Origin: Phoronis australis
Taxonomy: Eukaryota > Animalia > Phoronida
Length of the DNA stretch: 60,161 nucleotides
Direction: 5' to 3'
NCBI GenBank assembly: GCA_002633005.1
Contig: NMRA01000196.1
Coordinates: 354,955 to 415,115, forward strand
Below, piece after piece: positions 51,166 through 60,161 of this stretch. Within the stretch, counting starts at the first letter, position 1; each line of letters begins with the position of its first letter. The position numbers were made by a program, and so were the translations under genes. Under the pieces are notes generated by a model. The model saw nothing but the letters and a program-made list of their open reading frames with translations, was not told the origin of the DNA and searched no databases.

Positions 51166-52344
51166 AGGAGAATGCCACCTGATTTAATTGGTCTTTTTTA
51201 CATTCTTAATGGGTCTATACCCACATCACCTCGTATACCGTTGATCTTACCTCACCGATAGATGTCGCATTAACCTGTGAGGAAGGTGAGTAAACGATGC
51301 AGCAACGTCAGTGGTTCTTCAGCTGAGTGAGTGCGGCTATGGTGTGGTGTACCATTCCCGCTTGTGCGGATGAAGCTGTAAGGAAAGCGTGTATATGCTT
51401 TTTTTGATTTCCTCAAGAGCCAGAAATGCTTTGGAAGTGGCTCGCGGCAGTGAAGAATGAAGTGTACGCCATTAATGCCAAGTATAGTACCATGAAACAT
51501 TTCCCTGTCTGTGGCCGGCATTTCGTGAAACAATAACTCAATTTTACATGCTATATAATCAGTTGTTAGGGGAATCTTTATTTAGATATATTTAATGTTT
51601 TTCGAATCATTGTTCTTGTACAACTTTTTCCCTGACGGTTCTGTGTAAGGGGAAGTTGACTTTGCGGGCCCCCAGCGAGTAAGTAGATTTCATGTTTCGT
51701 GGCTAATTCACCAAAATAATCACATGCACATTTCTTTGGCTCACTAATATAGTCTTTTCGTGACTGGAAGTTTAGTTTTCAACTTTGGCTAGTTTGTGTT
51801 CGTAATGTCTTCAGTTCAGCCGCGACAGGCCTGATCGTATTCTGAGACACTGGCGGGGATAACGAGCAGTTTGTGTGTTTAGAACTGAAAAACACACAGC
51901 TATGTTCTCCTGTCTGTATTTCACAGAGGAATAATTTCTATTTTTCACCGAGCAGACCCCAAACTCACGCGACCGACGTTGGTAAATTGACCTAAACCAA
52001 ACTCTGTAGGCCACGGTACGTTACGTTTAAATACCTATAAATCCATAACAGCGAAATAAAACAAAATTTTTTTGTTCTAGACCTTGAGGTGTTTGTAATG
52101 GTTTAACATCAAATTTTGATGATTTATTGGTGTAAAACGATGAATTCAAGCGATAAGCTGACACCAGTAAGCGTGTTGTGAACTGCTGAACAGACTGCGT
52201 TCAAACATGTGACGTCATTGGTTGATTTCAATATCTCTGCCTGTCGTCAGATGCCAGGTAAAAGAACTGAACCTGCTGTTATCGAGTGGAACAACTCGAT
52301 CTAAATGGAAACAAAATAGGTTGTTTTTTGGGTTGCATTCTCTT
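51166..52344. mobile_element. non-autonomous Kolobok-like DNA transposon (TTAA TSD)
   Basis: TTAA|AGGAGAATGCCACC ... GGTTGCATTCTCTT|TTAA, 12/14 TIR match; the interior retains CpG, unlike the flanks. Confidence 0.7.
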
Positions 52345-55300
52345 TTAAGCTGTGTCCATACAATCACACATTCTGCGCATTGAACACCTTGCATTGCAAA
52401 AATTTATCCATGAATCGTTATTAATCTGTTTTCAGTCTACAAAAAGGTGGTTCTAATGGAGTGACTTTTTGAATAACTACCCATTTCTTGTCTCTGAGTG
52501 CTGCACACTGGTTAGCTATCTAAATGGCCAGCCAAAACAGTCTACTCTAATATTAGTCTACAGAACCAATGCCCTCAATGAATAGCAAATTGAGGTAACT
52601 TCAATGCTTGACTAAGTTCTTTCCTTGAGGCCAGCTTTAGAGTCTATATAAGGCCTATCATTGCTACCTTGTTGGAGAAGCTGAAATTACACCATTGACT
52701 ACCATCATATCAAATTGGTCACTAAAGCCACTGTAGGTATTTCTTCTTGTATTGTATATCCATTGTTGGCCCTCACTCATGCTTCACAACCTGTTGCAAC
52801 CGCTTCACTGAGTCTCAATGGATGACAAATTATCATACAAAGTAGAGGCTTTCAGCAAATAGATGTGAAATGTCTGTAAATTAATAAGGATGGTACTATT
52901 ATGTCTAATCACTGGCAGTGAAACATGATCACAGTCTAATGGGGGTATTATCACTCTGTTCAGCTGAATGGAATACAATACACATCAAGTAGGTGTTGTT
53001 TTGCCTGCTCAGTGTCTGTGGCTGTTTGTTTGTGGTGAGCACAAGTCATAAATCACCATGGGGATGGAAGCCATGATGCTCTTTCTTTTCCCCTGGGGGA
53101 CTGGCCTGGTGGTTGACTAACTGATTTGTTTTACACTTCCATTGATTACCTGTTCACAGTGGGGATTGCATGGTCCTTGCATGAACACCAAATTTTAGGA
53201 CTGGGTCAAAGAAGGGCTGCCACTTCAACTGGTACCTTACATTAATTTCATTTAACATCCATCTCCATGAGCTTGAGTTATGATTTCACCTGAAAATGTA
53301 CACAGAGTCAGTGTTTTGGAATTACTGTCAGACTAATCTGTGGAAAAAGGAGAGATGATTGAGGCAGAATATGACAGAACTTGTTCTAGTTTTTCTTGTC
53401 ATGTGTCACCTGATGTATTAGTAGATAATTCTTGCTGACCATATCTATGTTATGAGGGTAATAAATTATAATCATGTTAACTGGCCCTTTGTTCCCAGAT
53501 CACTCAGCACTCAACAAATTGGATGCAAGTGAGCACTTAATGAAACTTCTAAAATCAAACTTTGGACGAATTAGTCACGTATGATTTTTTGAAAATATTT
53601 CTTGAAGTTCTGTTTGATTTAGAACACAAACTCACCAACACAGGATCTAGAAACGAACAAGTTCTAAGCCTCCAGGGCAGGCCTGGATTCTGTAATGCAT
53701 GTGCAGTGTTACTGTTTTCTCACCTCAAGAATTTAATATTCCCATTTCTAAGCCAGGGAGGTTTGATTTAGAACCTGGGATTCTTTCACTGGAGAGCCTA
53801 AAAATACAACTCCACTTAGCACAGCTATTCATTCCAATGGGAAACCATCAAAGTATGGCCCTGGATTAGCATTCCTAAAAGGTTCTTCCAAATTGAAAAC
53901 CCCTGTCACAGATATTGATGAAGAGATTTTCCACTCTGCTGCCCCACCACAGAGGCTTTCTCTGCTATAAATTCCTTAATGACACACATATGTTTTCATA
54001 ACTTGCCTATTTCATGACCTGTGACCTTTGTGTTGTGTGAATGGGCAATGACTAGCACATAATAGTCATTTATGACTGCCTACTTTTATTGTGTAATGGC
54101 ATCTGTGTAATTGACATTTAACATTAGTGTTATGAGGGTTGATGCACTCCATGGATTTTGATTTGTGGTTGATTTTTAATTGTCATTTTTAATTGGGGCT
54201 GCACTTTCTCTTTCAAATGAAATTTATTGAAGCATTTTCATCATGATGTAAACTAATGACTATATTTCACTGTTCTGAATATCCCAGTTGCTAGGTTAGC
54301 AGTATTTCATGACTTGTCACTGTTGATAACATCACTAATGTCTATCAAAATATCACAGAACAGGATGTGGTGTTGTGGTAAAGCAATGATAAATATCACC
54401 TCATTAGTACACTATTGGGCTACAATTTCCCTTGGGTGATTGTTCGTGTTACTTAACACAAAATATGAGGGACAACTGAACTTTCATCAAATTTCTCTAT
54501 AGAAATAAAGAAGTTCTAAACTTTCCGTCTCTTGTTAATTTGGTTTGTGCATTGAAGTTGTCATAAAACCAAGGTGACATTTACACTACTTTTACTGCAA
54601 AGGAATTGGTTGTAGAAAAATAAAATTGACAATACTGGCAATTATTTTAGAGGAATAAGGGAAGAAGAAGACTAATTGTCATTGTAGTAATTTAGTCATT
54701 TTGTGTACAGGATAAAAAAGCAGAATTCTGTTTTGTAAAACAATATCTTAACCACCAATCAGTTAGGTTAAGACTTTGCTTTATTTTCACAATAACAGGT
54801 TACTGTCTGTTTCAAATTTTTGTAAAGTTTAAGTGTCTGTATGCATGTCTTGTAACAAAAACAATGATAATAGTTTATAGCACATGTTCATTTCTCTTGT
54901 ATGCCAAGATATGCAAGTCAAACTGGGCATATGCATTCGCAGACAATAAGTTTGCTTCTAACAAAGTCAATTTGTTAACACTTGCTCAATAACCACAATA
55001 CAAAAATGTCTAGCCAGCAAACTTCATAGATATCAGTAAAAACACAGAGACTAGGATACTGAGTGAACAGCATTGCATTCTAAATAGTTGCTTTGTTGTG
55101 TCCAACAAAAGTCAGCAGCTTGTGATGTAATATCACTTATGGGCCCTTCTAATAATAACACTGTACAGGTAAATGGCAAATTCAATTACTGGTCTTTATA
55201 TTTGGTACAGCTTGCTGATAGTTCCAATAAATATTAACCAGACTAGACATTTTTGGATGCGGCTTTTGTGGGAAAGATACACAACTCTTAATTATTTTGC

Positions 55301-58300
55301 AGTCCCTACCAGTGTGTCATTTCATGAATTATTAAGTCATCATGCTAAGATCATTGAGCAGCAGAGCCATTTGCATTGTCTTATAACTGTCAGGGATAGG
55401 TCATATATTTAATATGCGTTAACTAAACAATAGAAATTCTTGAAATTTGATTTATTTTTAGAAGTCTTCAGGTTTTGATACAGTGGTTTATTGCGGGAGC
55501 AGTATGTATGTGTATGCTGTTGAATGCGATAAATTTGACCTCTCGTGCGTCATTTTTGAGACATGATGTTCCGAAGTTAGCCTAATGTGGACATTTTTCT
55601 AGGGTCTGGCATAAAAACAAATTCCTAAAGAGATTTGTAGAAATGTTAGATGAGCCAACTAATATCAGGTGGTCATTTTTAACTGCAAGAACATATGGTG
55701 CTAGGATGTTCATAGATCTGTTGTTCTGCCCTGTTTCTGAAATATAGACCTGATGATTCACTCCCAACCTAGAAAAACCCTGAGAGTTTATTTTGTGCTG
55801 GCATAAAGAGTAAGGTAAACAAGTCATACTGGAAACTTTCGAAGTTTGTTGAGTCAACAGTCTGTACTTATACCTTCTTTTCTGTCCACATACAGTTTGT
55901 TGACATTCCCTGTTTGCTGGAGCCCTCAGTTGGTTTTCTCTTGTATCATAATTGATGGCCACAAAGACAGTGGACTCTAGCTGTAGGGGTTTCATCAACT
56001 TACTGAAGGGGATATTTGTTAAAACAGGCTGGCAAATACTGACAGGATTTGCATGAAGTCCATTCACATTCTGCACCAATATAAGCCAACCCATATAGCC
56101 AAGAATTTCTCAGCCAAATTCCCAGGTTGGGAAAACTTTGAAGATTGCATGGTGGGGTGGGATGCCGGGGTGGGGGTGTTTGTGGTTTAAGGCTGGTCTT
56201 GTGATTTTTTTCTGTATTTGAACTTAGGTATCCCCCATTTTATAGAACTTCTTGTTAGTCACTTAGCCCATAGTTGTGGTTCACATGTCCATGTGATTCA
56301 TATACCGGTATATGTCTGAGCTGGTTGATTTTCATGTCCTTCGGAGATGGATGCTACAAAGAGAACTGCAGTATATTAGGCACATATTTTCAGAAGTCAT
56401 CATTGTAACCCACATTTACACAGGAGACAGCTGTCACGCAGCAACTAATACGGAACAGCAGTGGTTCGGCGGCGCAAGTGCGTTTGTAAACATAGAGCAA
56501 GTTGACACTGCCGGCGACCATTTTTGACACCCGTTTGAAGTTGCTCCAGTGTCAGGTACACGTCTAAGCACAACTGGAGCAGGGCGGAAAGGGATCATCT
56601 TTCAATGTGTTTGCGCATAGCATATATACGGGTGATCAGTTGGGATTCCACGTGGTTTGGATGTTCGCTGTTGTTTATGCAAGCATGCGCAGACAGTCTT
56701 CATGCAAATGACACGTGCTGATCCAGTTTGTTATCTAATGTCGTGTAAATGCGGCTTAAGCGGAGCAAGTTGCGCTGTGACAACTCGCACTGATACAACT
56801 GTTACTCTTGAAAAAAAAAACAGCTTAACACACGTCCCTTTATCCACACCTATTGACTTACCAACAATTAGGTCTCAGTTATTCATTTGCCAATTGGAGC
56901 TTTAGTTAAGAGCCCACATCGAGAAGTCAGCTCATATCCACATTGCAGTCAGTGGGGATACATTTCCAGGTCTATACTTGCACATGGCTTAGTTCTTTTT
57001 CTTGACAGTTTTAGAACAAAAATTGTTGCTTTTCATGTAATAACAAATAAAACAGTGTGTTACCCAGACAGCTGTCAGTTAACAAATCAGGCTACCTCAT
57101 TCAGAAAGTGGCTATATGTTGAGCACTTGAGCTAGCAGTCTTACCAATAGGGAAAACACCAGTCATGTGAACAGTTGCAGGTTTCACTGTTTCAGGTTCT
57201 TTTCAGATTTTTTCAGTTACCCAAAACTGCTGGCATTATAGGTTTTTTGTTGCCTGGTGACTTACTTCAAGTTACACTCATGAGGATAGGGTAGAGCTCT
57301 TTGTTTGTTGTTGAGTTAGTCAACCATTGCAATGAGTTCACATGCTTTGACATCAATTTTTGATTTAAATGCTAGGGTATATTGAAACAAATTGGCACTG
57401 ACTGAAAAAAATCAGTTAACGTCTCATGAATCTAGTGAATTCACCCTATTGTAGATTTTATTCGTGGTTGATCTCTTTATAGTTTGAATCACTTTTGACA
57501 TCTTAAGAAATTCTGTTGAAAATAAAGAGAGCAAGTTTTATGGAAAAAATATGACTCCAAAACCAGTGCATGCATCGGAATAGGCTTCCCTGATGAATTC
57601 ACACTAACTTAACTCCAGTATGTGTAGCATTGATGTAAAGTGCGAAGTTAATTGAATCATTTGTACCAGCTCAGGTAGTTAATGGCATCTAATTAAATGA
57701 TAGGTGACTCTATCGTCATTGAAGTAATCGCAAGGCAGTGCTGGTTCATCTTGTGCATGCTAAGACTTTTTTATTGTGAAAATTTGAGAACATTTACTTC
57801 TGCTAAGCAACATAAAACTTAGTTCTAATTCGATTGGTGATTATTCGAGCAAATTATAGACAAATATGAGCGAGGACACTGCCCTTTAATTGTTAATGAT
57901 AGCAATGGCCCCTGGCCATAACTTCTATGAGACTGTTCATACCGCACCCCAGCATTGATGCTTCGCTGTTGAATCCACCTGTTTACTGGCAAGTTAACTG
58001 GCACTGTTAACTCCCATATCCAGGACCCAAGTTAACTGTTCATACTGACTGCAGCTCCCCATAACATCAAGTGTTGATGTTAGCATGAAAGTGCCTTAAG
58101 CTCTGCCAGATTAAGAACTTAGATGACATAACTGTGCATGGCTGGTCTGTGCCCTGAGTATTTACTATAATCCCTCTCTAATCCTTCTTATGCAAGCTCA
58201 AGTGGTCCAACCATGTTTTGTTAATTTCTTATTCTTAATTTAGACTATGGTATGGTTTGTCCTTGAAAACTTGTTGATGCTACAAATTCATATCACTGTC

Positions 58301-60161
58301 AATGTAAATTAATCATATTTCGGTAAACCTAAATGGTGGTGTAAAACAAATTCCATTGCAGAACATTGTTATTATTACTTTTGCTTTTGTGGATAATGGT
58401 CAATCTTACAGTTCATCATACTGTACATTACGATTCCTGAGGGGCGGCCGGTTATGAGAAGGGGTACAGATAATACAAGTTGTGACATTAGCTATGTATA
58501 GAAACATGTTTTAAATGACTGCAGTAACAAAGTGATTTATTTCGTCAAGTTTGTTTCTGTTGTTATACATTTGTTTTTTGGTCATAGCTGCAAATCGTGT
58601 TCTTATCTGATTGGCATGAAATTTACACAAAACTTTGTGTCTTATCAATATTCCATTGTTTTTTTTGGTTAAATCAAAGACAATTTGGTGCTATGGCACA
58701 TATTTTTGGATTTTGCTTTACTCGTATCACTGTGAACATGCATTTTTGGTAATAATCACTTACAGGTAGCCCGCAATTTGAGAACCAGATTCTGCACTGA
58801 ATAACATGTATCAAACTGGTTCTCTAAATACGAACACCTGTGCCTTTTGCCGTATTTTTAATAAAATTTTGCAGAAAGAAAGGATCATTGATGTTGAAGT
58901 GACGGATTCAGTAACATGAACAAATTTTATTTTAATGTTGGTGTTGAACATGAAATTTTTTCAAGAAAATAGCCCCTCACGCAAAAGTGGACCTTTCTAA
59001 AATCTATACATGATGTTCCAGAGTTAGCTAGATTTGGAATTTTTCTAGAGTGCCCCTTTTCTCAGGTCTTCCCTGGTGACTGTAATAGTGGTAACTATAG
59101 TTCTTGTATGGTTCCACTCCATCGCACTGTCAGGTACAGACCTCAGTCAACTAGTGTCCATATTGCACTTATGCAGTGCTTGCCTAAGTCAACATTTGTT
59201 TTGAAAACAAAGCTGAAAGGATGGGCAGGCTATTGAAATTTGCATTTCCATTCAGGTTTCATAAAACATGAGTCTTTACTTGCCTTAAATAACTGTTTCA
59301 AACTCTAAAAACATCAACCATTCTTAAGATAGTTATGCAATGCCTGATGGAGTGTGGATTATTGGTGTTGACAGAAACCCACAAACACATCAGCTAAAAC
59401 TCCCTCAGAGGAAGTTGGACTTTCTCTGATGGTTTCCAAGTAACCATTTCAAATGGACTCTATCTCATCTAATTTCTTAAGCAAATATGCTATGGTATAA
59501 ATTCTCTAGTTTGGGACAGTCTGTAAAACTTGGAACACTGAAATTCAAGCCAAAATTGAACTATTTTCTTGTTTCTGAAGATGGGAACATGCATAATTTG
59601 GTGTTCAACGTGTTTCTCAAATATCGCACACTGCATTTTGTATGGGCAAAGTCTGAGGTAAAATCATGGAAAATAGCTGCCAGTAGAAAATTTAATATCT
59701 TTCTTGGGATTCATGAATTTGGGATGGCCGATATTAAAAGATGCTAACCCAATGAATTCAGGGTAAATGCTTCAAAGCTGTTACGACCTACAGGTAAATT
59801 AGGTTACCCTAGGCATATGTGGGTTTTCAACACCAGCTTATTGAAAAATGTAATTAATTACCAGTTAAGATTTATTGTCTTGCCCTCACCAGAAAAGCTA
59901 TAAGTCATCTCGGACATTTATAAACAACACTAGCACATTACCATTAAATTCAAATGGCTTCAGTGTCAGGTAGAGTGGTATTTTCTACATCTCCTAATTG
60001 GGACAAGGGCATTGCTAAAATGGCATGGAAGTTTTCAAATGATGAGATAATTGAGCTGTTATTGTTGCCCAACTCACTACAAGAAATGCTCCTTGTGAAT
60101 ACTTGTTTTGTGGTGTGGTTTTTAATGAGCCAGAATTTGTTTGCCAAAAACCTTCCAAATA

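Noticed and set aside
55582-56094. 170-aa minus-strand ORF
   Set aside because: No recognisable motifs or splice context; likely chance in intronic DNA.

Overview
AT-rich, intron-containing eukaryotic DNA, probably from an invertebrate animal (inferred from the GT-AG exon structure and the TE families). The main content, which the ORF track fragments, is two tandem + strand paralogous 9-exon genes: gene A (1304-15011, about 520 aa) and gene B (19277-32020, about 525 aa). Spliced by hand, each encodes a protein with no signal peptide, a stonustoxin/neoverrucotoxin-type MACPF/CDC pore-forming domain, a helical middle region and a C-terminal C2 domain. All eight introns are phase 0 in both genes. 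Gene B has a TATA box plus NF-kB- and IRF-type motifs. Surrounding mobile DNA includes the 3' end of a Ty1/copia retrotransposon, a fold-back Penelope-like element with hammerhead ribozyme motifs in gene A intron 2, an antisense THAP-domain exon in gene B intron 1, a decayed pogo-like transposon, several MITE families and a 46-bp minisatellite. From about 43 kb to the end the DNA is strongly CpG-depleted and has no recognisable coding exon. Family assignments come from motif recognition only; no database searches were run.
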